64,000 nt of DNA, taken from the NCBI GenBank assembly GCA_030141605.1, contig JAQGDQ010000359.1:175242-239241 (forward strand). Direction: 5' to 3'. The DNA is from Tubiluchus corallicola. Lineage: Eukaryota > Animalia > Priapulida. The notes beneath the pieces are model-generated. The model had not been told where the DNA came from. It saw nothing but the letters and a program-made list of their open reading frames with translations, and made no database searches. The position numbers and the translations under genes are program-made. This document shows, piece after piece, positions 27,201 through 40,136 of this stretch. Numbering within the stretch: the stretch's first letter is position 1; each line of letters starts with the position of its first letter.

Positions 27201-30200
27201 CACGGTTATCAGATATGCATAGCTAAACATTGTGAGATGAAATTTAAACCAGTAACCTTAAGAGAAGCAATAGTTATCAACTGTTTGTTTTATGGAAGTT
27301 GTAACATATATCTATAAAGAGTCTATGAATATACATGTGAATAGCAAAAAGAAAGAAAAAAAGGTAAAAAAGCAAGATAAATTGTCCTGACAATTGCAAT
27401 ACATTAATTAAAAATTTTTGAATTTGAAAAATAACAAATTTATGATCCAGATTTAACAAAACGCACCTCATTGATAATCCAAAATAAACTGTACGTGTTG
27501 GGAAACTCGTACATTTACATTCACATAAGTAAAACTGCCATGCCAAATGACATAAATACCTTATTTAAATCTGTACATTCCTCGAAATAACGTAAACTTC
27601 GAATATTTTCTTCGTATTTAGCCAGTTCATTACACGAGACGTGGCTTACGTAACAAACTTTTTGACCAGACGGTTTAGTCTAGTGGTAACGCGTCTGCTT
27701 TCCGTCTGAGAGGTCGTGAGTTCGAACCAGCGGCCGGGTCAAACCAAAGACTTTAAAAATGGTACCTGCTGTTGCCCTGCCTGACGCGTGGTATTTAGGG
27801 CAAAGTGGGGTAATAGTAGTCTCTGTTATGTAGTTGTAGGTTGTTATTTACAGTTGGCGATAATAGCTCTTTGAGCTAATGTTAATTGTTGACCCAAAAG
27901 CTGACTTTAAATAAAGATTATTATTATTATTATTATTATAAGCTTTCTGGTTTCAAACATTATCCGTAAAAGAAGCAAATGCAAAACCAAATGGGCAAAG
28001 TACAGCCAACCTCGGGTATAAGGTACTCGCTTATAAGGGACACTCGCTTATAAAGGACCACCAACACCGGTCCAGATTTTTCGGTAACGTTTTTCCTATG
28101 TAAAGATCTTCGTATATAAGGTACTCGGATATAAGGGACTTTCGGTTATAAGGGACGATATTTTCAGGTCCGCGTAATAGAAACCGAGGTAAATTACCTC
28201 GCATATAAGGGACCCTATGATCAAAGCGAAATTGATAGATTTTTAACCTCAATTTTTCGCAAACTCGGCCTTCGAACAGCTCGGTTTCCTCGGTCACATA
28301 CATCTCGCATCGCTGAAGGAGCTTCCTACGTACAGTTTGCAATATGGGTAAAAGCACAGGTCTAGATACACCCTCAGTCTGACTCAACTTCAGCTGCGGG
28401 GGACAGTTTTTTCTGGTCCCGAGGTGTCCCTTATATCCGAAGTTGATTGTAGGTTATTTACCAGCATCTAATACTCTGGTAACTATAGTAGCATCCATAT
28501 CAGGAACAAATCCTTCCAAAACTAAAGAACCATTCATCATTGGAACCCCAGCTACCATAATACTATCCTTTATGGCCACAGTCTTTCCCGAGAGCTTTCC
28601 GGATGGTGCTCCTTGAATGTCACATCTCCAATACCTGAAAGGAGCAACTTTTTATCAATTTCTTTGCTTTGTTCCATTTAATTATTAGTGGTGAAGGAAA
28701 ATTCCTCAAAGAATAATAATATAAAAACTGTCAGCACTCGTGAGGTCATTTTTGTCAATGATAGCTTGCGAACAACACTCCACGTGATGTCACATCTCTC
28801 CAGCTGTATGCCATATGCAACCAACAAGGAAGTCTGCAACAATGCAATAATTATTGCTTTGGTTTTAAACACTGTATTTGCAACCAAGCACTGAAAATGC
28901 ATTAAAACTGCCACACAGTGACAACACTGACTAAAATCTAGGCCAGTGCAAAAAAATAACAAAACTGACTTTAGTGTGGCATTTTGTTGCTCAAACTTAT
29001 TATCCACATATTTCGCAAATGTATAACTTTTTTAAACTAGAAGTTAGTAGGTACAAAAATAGGATAAAATTGTTTAAATAATTACCAAGCATTGTACGGG
29101 TTATCTTCAGGTTTTGGTCGATAGCCAGGAGTTCTGGGATACTTCACTTTCAATTTCGGCTCTGGTAACTCAGCTATTTTTCTAAAGGAATTTAAAACAT
29201 TCCCAAAACTTTCTGAAACATTTATGAGAGCCTTAATTTTTTTTCAAAAAACAAAAATATAACAGAAAGGCATCGAATAACAATTACATAAAAATTTCTG
29301 CATGAACAGTTAATTTTATCAATTTGTCATAATTAAATATCAAAAATTCAAAATCTATTATAACCTTTGTAACTAACTAGCTCCTCTGTACTGCAGTTTA
29401 AACCATATCTCTTGGATATTTCATGAAGTCTACACAGTGATGGAGGATTAATGCATCTTGTTTTGAGAATTTCTGAAATAAACAAGGTGCGATAAGAATA
29501 AAGATTGTTTATGTAAAATTAATAACAAACTTGTTACTTATAATGTATTGCAAAAAATGAAATTGGAAAAAAATTGACACTTCTACAGGAAGAATTTGAC
29601 AAATGTCCTAAAATGGAATTGTTAGTTTTTGCTCAGCGATTCAATAACAGGACCAATAGACCTAATTTGTGTTGCACAGCAAACAGAAACTGCATTACAG
29701 CGTGGTGAAAGTAATATTGCACAATGTTTCCACTGTAATCTTATTAAAACTCGACTGTGTTCAACAGGTTACTGAACGCTTTATAATCATGATCACGGTT
29801 TTTTTAGTTATTGCTCCATTTAATTATTCATTCATTACTCCCCCAACATCAATGTATATATTTTATCATTATCTCAATAAATTGTATTAAGCCTTTTTTT
29901 ATGATGCCACCTACAGTTTGGCCTCTCAAGCTACATGACTTTAGGTTCAAACTGTACGCAACAAAATCATTGCTTAATGTAATTTGCACGTGTATAACCT
30001 AGCTACTAAGAACTCTTTACTTGCACTATCTGGACCATATTGTATTTGTATTTACTTTCCTGAATAATTATCTACATTTTAGGTGATATTGTAAGATGCT
30101 GTGTGGTAATGAATTAATTCTTAAAGTCCTTTGATGAAAGCATGGCAGGGCAGCAACAGAGCTTAGAAAATTATGAAAAAATGTACTGATAGAGTTAAAA

Positions 30201-30324
30201 TTTGTTAATCAATCGTCACCAATGCATAGAAATGAAAAGGTGAAAATCGGTAACTGGAGAAACTTTTTAATTTTTTTAAACACTTACCATCGTTGCTGTG
30301 AGACGCCTCAGGAGCAAGCGCCAT
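21238..30324 (-). CDS. Amidase-signature family enzyme, paralog 2, intact, 521 aa. Exons 30324-30288, 29472-29365, 29212-29086, 28634-28462, 25968-25829, 25030-24758, 23998-23842, 23607-23545, 22557-22270, 21437-21238
   Basis: All introns GT-AG; exon lengths sum to 1566 nt in one frame. Lys/cis-Ser/Ser triad motifs VAIKD, GGSSTG and [11 protein letters not shown], plus [18 protein letters not shown] and [12 protein letters not shown]. Confidence 0.92.
21486..21854 (+). mobile_element. Solo LTR (369 bp) in the last intron of amidase 2
   Basis: TGTTG...CAACA termini; TATATAAGG near 21609; AATAAA at 21781; near-TSD ATAAC/ATATC. Diverged relative at 55204-55526. Confidence 0.8.
25429..25797. mobile_element. 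MITE family with CGAATCGAATTCG repeats (truncated copy)
   Basis: Starts TAGGGGTGAGCATT; similar to the fuller copy at 46476-46871. Confidence 0.7.
26060..26640 (+). mobile_element. Decayed Rex1/Babar (L2-group) LINE 3' fragment
   Basis: [15 protein letters not shown]...AIES...[17 protein letters not shown], read across frameshifts, resembles the KKAQQRLYFLRKL...WYG...DRKALQRVV region after the RT domain. Confidence 0.7.
27664..27939 (+). mobile_element. tRNA-derived SINE, Meta/MESC-core-like
   Basis: A box TAGTCTAGTGG, B box GTTCGAACC, core GGTCAAACCAAAGACTTTAAAAATGGTACCTGCTGTTGCCCTGCC, AATAAA and an (ATT)n tail. The core assignment is from memory of MetaSINE/MESC consensus. Confidence 0.8.
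28003..28449. mobile_element. pogo/Tigger-type MITE about 10 nt from the amidase-2 exon 4 donor
   Basis: TA|CAGCCAACCTCGG ... CCGAAGTTGATTG|TA; repeated TATAAGGGAC motifs. Confidence 0.8.
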
Positions 30325-30395
30325 TTCGCAGATTTGCACACACAAAAACAATGTTTCACTTTCCCAGGCACTGGGCACTGCACACTGTATTAGCG

Positions 30396-30403
30396 TATTT
30401 ATA
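30396..30403 (-). promoter_or_regulatory. Putative TATA box of amidase 2
   Basis: TATAAATA within the palindrome GTATTTATAAATAC, about 70 nt upstream of the ATG at 30324. Confidence 0.5.
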
Positions 30404-31663
30404 AATACCTAGCAGCCTCAAGGTCACTGTGCAAACTTCTGTAAGCAGTAATATTAACTACAGGTGGGTAAACATATCAGGAAATTTTTATTTGGGGCAA
30501 AGTTCAAGAAATCATTACGATTACAAGTGCAGCAAAATGATGCTACTGTATTTTCATTTCTGTAGAACTGATCTTTAAAGAGCATTTTAGAAGAAGCGTT
30601 CACATTGAGAACATAAAAACACTTTATTATAGTTTATATATATGTCTGTCGATGGAAAAATATTTCGCTGTTGATGGTTTCTATACCTTCAAGGACACGA
30701 AATGTTTGGATTAAATCTTGTCTTTTGCGTCTGTACTTCAGAGCTGTAAGGCCCAGAATCTTAAGTCTTGCTACATATGGTAAATGATAAATGGCATTTA
30801 CAAGTCTAGTAGCTTTAACAGGTGAAAACTATATATTTTTCTGACTATAAAAACTAATTTAATCTATTAAGATAGTATGTCAGAAAAAGTTAGGATATCA
30901 GAAGACAATGTCTGGATTTATGTACCACCAACTTACATCGGCCCATCTGTAATAGTTTATACAGGAGAAAAAGTTAAAATAACCCCCCAAAATAGCGATT
31001 TTTTGCCTCTTTTGAGGTCAATTTCTTGATGTGGTCATTTCTTTGCCAATAGTAGCCCGATCGATTTGATATCTTGGTTACATGGTTTTGGGGGGTCACC
31101 CTTCATGTTAGAAAAAAATGATATAAATTGGTCACCCCTCATGTGCCACCCCCTGCATGGTGCTCTCGCGTACTCGTTCTTAACTTATATGATTTACACA
31201 GTATTGCTTTTGTCTCTGGAACATATCTCAATTCTTTTGCATCACGTTCTGTGGAAGTCTTGGCTTCATTTAACAAGGTTTCTCTTAATGTCGCATTTTG
31301 TTGGAACACATTAGAGTCATTAAACGAGGCTGTATTGTCAAATTTGACTGCGAGGCTATCATTTGCTTACTATTGAACTGCCTGGTTTATAAATCAAAGG
31401 TCAAATGTCAGGTCAGGGTTAATGTGTGACTAGTAAGTGAATTTCGAGTCTGGCTTTACCTGGATGTGTGTGTTTGCAGTACGTGAAAAAAATAAATATG
31501 TAATTTATAGCCAAATTTAGGAAACTCAATCACCAATATCAAAACTGGCAGAAAGCTAATGACGAAAATTATGCAATGGAGTTTATGCCCTTTTATAGCT
31601 CATGTAACAAATGAATGATCGTGTTACATACAATTTGGCTATAATGTTTGCATGATTATAAAT

Positions 31664-32577
31664 TGTTGGGAGCCGTTTGGGCCACTGCGCCAAGTAGACC
31701 ACTTGATGCGCTAAAAGTAGTGTCCTACATGGGCAGCCCAAGTAGGACACTAGCGATTTTTGTCGAGAAACTTGCTCTGGCAAAACTTGTTTCCAGTTTA
31801 TATTACCATTGTTTATAAGTATTGTTATGACATAATAAAGCATAAAACAAAATTTCTTTTAGAAATGGATATTCCTTGGCAATTTACAAATGCATTTCTT
31901 ACAATAATTTCATCATTATGATTAACTCCTTTAGATTTAATCATAACATTAAACCTAGAATCTAATGCTTTAAAGAGAGAAATTCTGCACACAGTTATTA
32001 CAGAAATAATTGCAAATTTAAAAATGAGACAGATGCTGCTAAGCCTTCACAACACCAAAAAAGTAATTTTTAATATTTAAGAAAAGCATTGATAATTAGT
32101 TTTAATATTATCAGTAGTATTGTAACATGTAGGGCACTGTCCTACATGGCTCGCTAGCCCATGTAGGACACATAGATCGCTAGAACGTTTACTTATAAGA
32201 AAACAATTATTTGCCCAAGAGGTAGTGAAACGGATCACCTGTTTGTGAAGTGAGACAAAATCAAAAATGATGTACCTTAAACAAATGTTGAATTCGCAAA
32301 AAAGTGGGGTTTTTTCACTTCAACAACATTAATATCGAAACCAAATTTAATATTGTCCGTTCTACCAGCTCAGAATAAAATTCTTTTATTTTATTAGATG
32401 TATAATAAATTATTCAACGTGTATTAACGTTTTTAATTATTATTATTACATAAACAAGCACAACGGACGGTGTCAGTACACTTAACGACTGAATTCACCT
32501 GTCTCTAGTGTCCTACTTGGGCAGCCCAAGTAGACCAATTGGTCTACTTGGCGCAGTGGTCCAAACGGCTCCCAACA
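31664..32577. mobile_element. Non-autonomous TIR element with TGT...ACA ends and a 5-bp TSD (Ginger2-like?)
   Basis: TIR TGTTGGGAGCCGTTTGG(G/A)CCACTGCGCCAAGTAGACCA at both ends; TSD TAAAT. Confidence 0.8.
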
Positions 32578-33099
32578 TAAATGATCACCAAAGTTTCACC
32601 AAGGTTGGCCGAAGGATTACTCATCTCATAAACTGGAAACTAACATGTGTTTGAGGTTGGACATTAAAAGTTAAGGCTAGACAAGATGCAGTACATTTTA
32701 CATCGTCCAAAACTTATGTCAAATGTCAGTTATGAAAATAAAGCCAAATATATCCTAGAACAGCCACATTGTATGTTCTAGGAGTGATCAAAAATTCATG
32801 TTACATGACAAGTTTGACCATTTGATTGTCTGCCAGTGTGGTATACCTTATGAATATTTCTAGAACGAGCTAACAACTTTTTATGTCAAAATTGTTTAAA
32901 AGAAACAAAATGTGAATGTGAAGAACTCGCTGAGCCTGGCTTTGAGCCTTGCGACAACTCGAGCATTTAGCAGCATGGATGCCTGGATTTTGTTCTGGTT
33001 ATTCTTTCGTGCCAAGTTGTTAGGTTGTACATTTATTGTAATAGAAAACATCTATAAAGGTATTTTGTTATATTATATATTAGTTAGTATAATGTATTA

Positions 33100-33140
<41 letters not shown>

Positions 33141-35634
33141 CAGAATGCCTCAATAGACGTTTTCTATTACAATAAATGTACAACCCAATAACTTGGCATA
33201 CAAAAATAAAATTTTGCAAACATTTGAATATATATATCTATCCAAAAGACTGGCTTCAACAGGTTGTTTACATCAGGTTTCTGCTTGTTAAAAATTCATT
33301 GTGAAAATGACTTTCTAATCACTAACTACAAAAACTCACACGTTTTATAAACTACTCAGTAGCAGCTTTCCAGGTGTGCACACTAGGTTTACTTGGCTTA
33401 TTAAAATTTGGAAAGTGTATCCTTGAGGTAGGTCCGGGCGTGGGGTGATTTAGTTGCTTTGCTTTTCATGTTTGTCCAAGCATTTGAGCTAGAACACCAA
33501 ACAGAGTCAGCAGACACAGTTTTTCCTTACTAGCACCAGTGGTTGAGATAGTACAGTTTTCTGTCAAGCTGTTGAGCTTGCTGTTTTTGTGCCCAGCAGT
33601 ATGGCAACCTTCTTTCAAGAATGCTTATATAAAACAATGGCATAAATGTGAGAGTGCAACTTGCATGCTCATCTCAAGACCATGACTTCTCTTTAGTTGC
33701 CACTTCCTGCGAAGTTCAAGCTTGCCCTGCTCGCATTTTAAAGCATTTGCAAAAATTTGTTGTCAGCAAAATTTGTGCCTTTTATGAAACGCCTTTAGGA
33801 CAAACATGCTTAGCGAGAAAATTGTGCATGTTGGTCAAAGAGCTGAGGTCAAGAGTGCATACAGTATAGCTGTCATGCTGTAGTCAAGCATAGTCATAGT
33901 AAACTATACTGAAACCCAGTTGAAATGAGTGTTTGCATGATTAAGGTAAATTTCATTCGTTTTTTTTTTGTAAAACGTAAAATTCTGTGAATTGTTTGCC
34001 TTTGCATTTATTTAGATGATGTAGTTTTTAGAGTTATGCAAAGTTTTGTTTTACATTACTTGTCTGAATACCACCATTTAATGTTATGCAATTTGTTAAG
34101 TTACTCAGAAAATTGCAAGTTTTGATGTTTCAGGACAGTTATTATTTCTCACGTCCAAACAAACTGTTGATAAACGTAGCTATGCCAGTGTAATTCAAAT
34201 TGTTTAGAATCAAACTGTTCTACACTAAACAACTGAATTCAACACGAAATCAAATAAGCAGGTTGACAAGAGAAAGCTACAACACTCTCTATTTCAAACA
34301 CATTTTTCTCTAGTGGGCATTATTGCTAAATTCTTAAAAAAAATGTCAATTTAAACCAAAATTTCTCAGTGCATTTCTATAGGACTTTGTAGATTTGCAT
34401 ATTGCTTATGTTGGGTCTACATGCTGTGCAAGTATACCAGTGCATTTTCTTACATTAGTTGCAGGTAATGCTGATTATGGGGCAGAAGGCAGAGATACAA
34501 ACACTATGTAGCATTTCAGATAACTTTCTTACTGATGTCTACCTTCCAAATAAAATCAAGTATGGAGGTTGGATTTAGAAAACTGTAAAGGCTGTTTGTT
34601 ATGCCAGGCTTGTCTTTGTCTCATGTTTCTACATGATTGATTTGTTATAAGTGCTTGGTATGTGACTTTCTATCATGAATGTTCTTTTCGGTAAAATGCA
34701 AGATGATGGATAGATATGCACCTTGTTTGAGACAGTCAGCATTACTGTGAATAATAACTTTGATAACTTAACCTGTGTTAAAGGTAGAACTTGTCTAGCT
34801 TTGTATTTGCATCTGAATGATTTGAATGAGTTTTGCCCAACAATTTTTTGTGCATTTATTATTATTATTGTTACAGTTTGTAGAGCTGACAAACTTCTAA
34901 CTTTGTTTAAAAACGCATTTATTAAAACTGCTTTTATAAGAACAAGAGCTTTTAACAAAATAAAGCAACCAATTTCCTCGCCATGGCGTTCTGCTAATCT
35001 GTACCCTGTCCTTCTTTTTCTCTCCTCTGCTCCGTCTTCCTAATTTGCCCAACTAGTTCACTAATCAAGCTATATTGCATCTATGACTCAAGTACAGCTT
35101 AGTCAAGCACAACATTCGGCCCTCGCTACCTATCTGGTGTCCTCACCAGGCTACAAATATATCAAAGAACTAAAATACTATAATATACCATATGTTAGAT
35201 ACAAGCGCATATCGAGGAATGTCAACATAGTGCAGCCTACTCATTGCAACATATACGCCTAATGCAAATCTACAATATCTATCGAGCTTACAAAACCGTA
35301 ATTACTATATAGTTTGAATAAACTGAATAACTACATAGCCTAACAAAACTATAAGGTTACTACAAGTATTCTGATAAAGGCACTGCCAATCAATTCAGTA
35401 TGATCAAGAAAAATTACTGCCTATTCAGTAACTAGGCACTGTTCAACATGACTAATCTTAACCAATTTGTAGCAGTTGAAATGCACGAACACAAAAAAAG
35501 TATTACAACTTGACTTCGAAATAAGAGTATGCAAGCCTGAATACACAAATTTAACTAAACCTTTCAAACTTAAAACAATGGCATGTAAATCTGAAAACAC
35601 AAATCAACCAAATTTTCCACAAGTCCATATTGAA

Positions 35635-37172
35635 TTACTCCGTCACATAGTCTTGGTATCTAACAGGAGGTCTTATGGGTCGACCTGCTCTAGAATGTAC
35701 ATTTGGTTGATTCTCCACAACGATAGGTTCTACGGGAATATCACGCTCCAACTCATCATCACTAGAACTGAAATCACTACTGTCTATATCACTCACTACA
35801 GATTGAACTGCTTCATTGGCATCGTCTTCACACAAATTTGCCTTTTCCAACAGTTGATCGTCAACTGATCTTCGCTTAAAGTCTAGCTTTGTGTTGTTCT
35901 TAGAAACTAACTTCAGATTATGACCATGAACCCACATTGAATATCTTGCATTCGGTCTGCGCACACGGTAGTCAGGTGGACGAGCTTCCACAACACGAAA
36001 CGGGCCTTCAAAGCGACGAGAAAGCTTCCTCTGCGAGATTTGAAGTCCACTACCGCTACTAAATCACCTTCATTAAAGGACCCTCGTGGCTGGCCTTGAG
36101 CTCTCGACCGATTCTGATAATCACGAATATTCTGCTTGGCTTTTTCACATGTGGCAACCAAGTTTTCAGTCAGCTTTACATTATAGCTTTTGAAGTCAGT
36201 TACTACAGACAATTCTTGACTCTCATTTGCAACTATTTCACTCTCTAGTGGCTGTCTGGCTACTTTCCCAAATACTAGCTCATATGGGCTACACCCAGCA
36301 GTTGAATGGACTGATGTGTTGTATGCAAAAACAATCATCGGCAAGAACATGTGCCAGTCATCTTTGGCATTGTTCACATAGTGTGTCAGGGCCTCACAAA
36401 TGGTAGAGTTTACTCTCTCGCACTGCCCATTTGTCTGAGGTCTATGGGGTGATGTGCGAAGCTTTTTAATTCCTAGTCTCTCACAAAGTTGCTTTACCAA
36501 CTGCGCTTCAAAGTTTGCACCTTGATCTGTAAGTAAAGTCTTTGGGATACCACATCGTCCAAAGAACTCAATTAAACACTCAACAATACTCTCTGTTGTC
36601 TGGCGGACTAGTGGAAATAGCTCTACATGTTTGCTGAACAAGTCGGTTACGACTAAAATATACTGTTGGCCTCGAGAATTCCGGTTGAGCTTCAAGACAT
36701 CAGCACTGATCTCCTCACACTTATCTCCAAAAACTTCAATGGTGCCTTGTGATTCTTTCACTGGCTGTGCATTACGTTTCACACAAATGCAACTAAAGCA
36801 TGACTTGATGTAGTTCCTGACATCTTCCTTCAAGTTATACCAATAATACAACTTGGTTAACTTATCAACTGTACGACGAATTCCAAAATGTCCAGAAAAT
36901 GGGCTGTCATGAGCTAATTTCAACACTTTCTCACGCATTGACAATGGTATCAGTTTTTGGCTAATTAGGTGGCCATCTGTCTGTCGTAAAATTTCTCCAT
37001 CTCTCACGGAAAGTTTAGATTTCTCCACTGGATGCAAATAAAATTTCAATTCAGTCGACTGCTGATCTTGGGAAGGCTCAGGTTGCTTTCCTGACAAAAT
37101 ATCACGAAGCAAATAAAGATCTTTGTCACTGCCAGTGGCTTCGGCAAGAGATACATCATTAGTGTGGATACG
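35635..37172 (-). pseudogene. Gypsy-1 integrase (H2C2 finger, DDE core, GPF module), frameshifted near 36027
   Basis: AHDSPFSGHFG...CFSC, DVL, TDQGANF, NGQCERVN; continues after a 1-nt deletion as KLSRRFEGPFRVVEARPPDYRV. Confidence 0.9.
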
Positions 37173-39167
37173 TCAGATTCTACTCAATGCATCTACATGT
37201 GGTATCTGATCTCCAGATCTGTGTCTTACTTCAAAATCAAACTGGTCTAACCACAAAACCCACCTAGCTAAGCGACCACTGGGATCTTTAAGTTTTCGTA
37301 GCCAAAGCAAGGATCTATGATCGGTGACTAAGACGAATCTCTTCCCCACAAGATAATGCTGAAACTTTTTGACTCCATTAATCACTGCTAACAACTCTTG
37401 TTCAGTAGTCGTGTAATTTTTCTCTGCATCACTAAATTTCCCTGATGCACAGTACACTGGATGCTCTTGCTTACCATGGCCCTGAGATAGTACCGCACCC
37501 CATCCAGTCTTACTGGCATCTGTAGTCAATATAAATGGCTGACTGAGATCCGGATGACGAAGAACTTCGGTACTTGTTAGTTGTCTTTTCAATTGCTGGA
37601 ATGCTTGCTCACATTCTGGTGACCACAGGAATTGAACATCTTTCTTTGTCAAGTTCGACAGAGGACTAGCTATAGAGGCAAAACCAGGAACAAAATGTCG
37701 ATAGTAACTGCAAAAACCCAAAAACTGTCGTACTTCATGGGCATTCTTCGGCTGCTGCCAAGATTCTACTACTCTGGCTTTCTTATCTTGTGGCATTATT
37801 CCTTCATGACTTAGACGATGACCTAAAAATTCTATTTCAGTTTGTGCCAAAGCACACTTCTCTGGATTTAATTTTAGTTCTGAAATCTCTATACGACTAA
37901 GAACTTCACGAAGATCACTTATGTGCTGATCAAAGGTAGAACTAAATACTAAAATGTCATCAAGATATACTAACATGGTTTTCCACTGAAGACCATGGAA
38001 TATGTTCAGCATAAGTCGTTGAAATGTGGCTGGGGCCTCTGACAGACCAAACGGCAATACATTAAACTCGTAGGTACCATTTTCTGTAATAAACGCTGTT
38101 TTAGCACGAGAACTTGGATCCACTTCCACCTGCCAATAGGCTGCACTCTGATCAAGGCTCGTAAACCATTTCGCACCCTGCACACTAGCTAAAAGCTCAT
38201 CTATTCTTGGTAATGGAAATGTCGACCGCTCTGTCACTGCATTCAAACGACGATAATCTACACAAAATCTATACTTGCCATTTTCTTTTCTCACTAAAAT
38301 AATTGGGCTCGACCAAGGTGATTCACTATCTCGTATTATATGACGTTTCTTCATGTCACTAATCTGATCTGCTACGATGTCTCTCAGGTGAACCTGAGTT
38401 CGGTATGGTTTTTGCTTAATAGGTGGACCACTAGTCTCTATATGGTGCTGTACAATATCTACTCTACCGATTTCACCATCTACTGAAAACACTGTAGGAA
38501 ACTCTTCTAACAATTCAGTGATCTTTTGTTTCTGTGAATCATTGAGATGATCCAACCTTAATTTAGTCTCTAACTTGGATTTCTGATTATGAGCACTAGG
38601 TGATTCTGCTAGAATTGGGACATCTTGACTGCAAACACCAACTTCAATTTCACCTAGAATTTCACCAGCTCTGATCACTACTGGTTCTTCAGATAAGTTT
38701 ACTAGACGTACTGGCAGTGTTTCTGATTTAGCATCAACACAAGTTCTTGCAATGCAGACACCTTGAAACTGTTGTGCACTAGCTGGCTCGATGTACGTGA
38801 CTTGGGTACGCCGTGTTACAAAGTTTCCTATAGGCGGCAATGCCGGCAAAACCATTTCTGACTCAGATGGAATAACTGTAGTTTGCGAACAACGTACAAC
38901 TGCCTTACCACTGTATGTTGTAACGTTCTGACCAGCTAATGTGCATATTCCTCGTTTATAGTCGATGACGGCTTCTGCCCTAACTAAAAAATCCATACCA
39001 AGGATAATTTCATCACTGCATTCGGTAACTATACACTGTGTCACCACTTCAAGGTCGGCACTTACTGGCACTTTTAGTTCCATTAGGCCATAACTCAGCA
39101 AAGAAATTTCTCTGTTAGCCGTGAGAACTGTAATTGTACTCTTATCTTGTCTCCATGGCAAGTTCAA
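37173..39167 (-). pseudogene. Gypsy-1 pol segment: protease C-terminus, reverse transcriptase, RNase H, bounded by in-frame stops
   Basis: ILGMDFL, RFCVDYRRLN, LPFGL, YLDD, TDAS, TDHRSL, DALSR. Confidence 0.93.
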
Positions 39168-40136
39168 CTAGTCAACAAGTAATTTGCTAATCAAGGACTT
39201 CTCAGCCCCGCTGTCTAAAACTGCAAAAATATTACGATTTTCTATTCTTAATGAGATGTATAAAGCCTTTTCTTTTTCTGTTTGACAAGATCTTCTATTC
39301 AAGGTGGCACCTACTGCTGTTGACTGTGCTGACTCACTACGTATCTTTGAGCAATTTGCTGCTATGTGTCCCACGCTACGACATGTTCTGCATTTGGTGT
39401 AGCAGACATCTGCTTTACGACCAGGGAGAGTACATCGAGTACACTTTTCTCTCAGTTGTTTACGTTCCACAACTACGGACTCTCGATGATCTCTAGCTAA
39501 TGACTTATTACGACACTCTGCTGCGCGATGCCCTTCTTTGTGGTATTTAAAACAAGTCATTCGACGAACATAGTTGCCTCTCCCACGCTCATTTATTGAT
39601 TGTCTCTGTTTGTCAACAACCTCACGACTAATTTGCATTTTATGTAATTTGGCAATAGCTCCCTCCAGTGTAGTGATATGTGCATCATAAAATCTAGTAC
39701 GCCACTCTGGTTTTAAGCCTTCAATAAATTTTTGCACGCAAAATCTCTCTATAACATTTCTGTCGGTTATCTCAGGATTTGCTGACTTAAACAAGCGAGT
39801 TAATTCATTGGCATAGGCATGCGCACTTTCATCCTTTTTCAAATTTCTCTGATTGAATTCAGTCAGATATAAACGCTGGGATTCCTCTGGGGTATAAACT
39901 CGCTTAAGTGCATCAACTAACTCTGTATACGTATTTGGCACTTCACCATCTTGGCGAGTTAACCCGTCCATAACATTATCAGCCTGCCCAACCAACAATG
40001 CTGGCAGTACTTGGAATTTCTTTTCATCATTCCAATCATTGGCTACTGTAACTCGCTGAAAACGATTTATAAATCTTGAAAAATCGCTTGTGCCATCAAA
40101 TTCTGGTGGCTGCACAACATTTGACGCCTGTGCTAT
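39168..40136 (-). pseudogene. Gypsy-1 gag with three CCHC-type knuckles plus protease N-terminus
   Basis: PEFDG...RF...NDW; CRTCRSVGHIAANC; LDSGA. Presumed start codon reads ATA near 40136; TAG falls inside the protease. Confidence 0.88.

Noticed and set aside
27664-27740. Functional tRNA gene
   Set aside because: A and B boxes are present but there is no proper cloverleaf, and it continues into a SINE core and simple-repeat tail.
39165-39172. Programmed gag-pol stop readthrough
   Set aside because: The TAG lies inside the protease domain and the element has several other lesions; a nonsense mutation is simpler.
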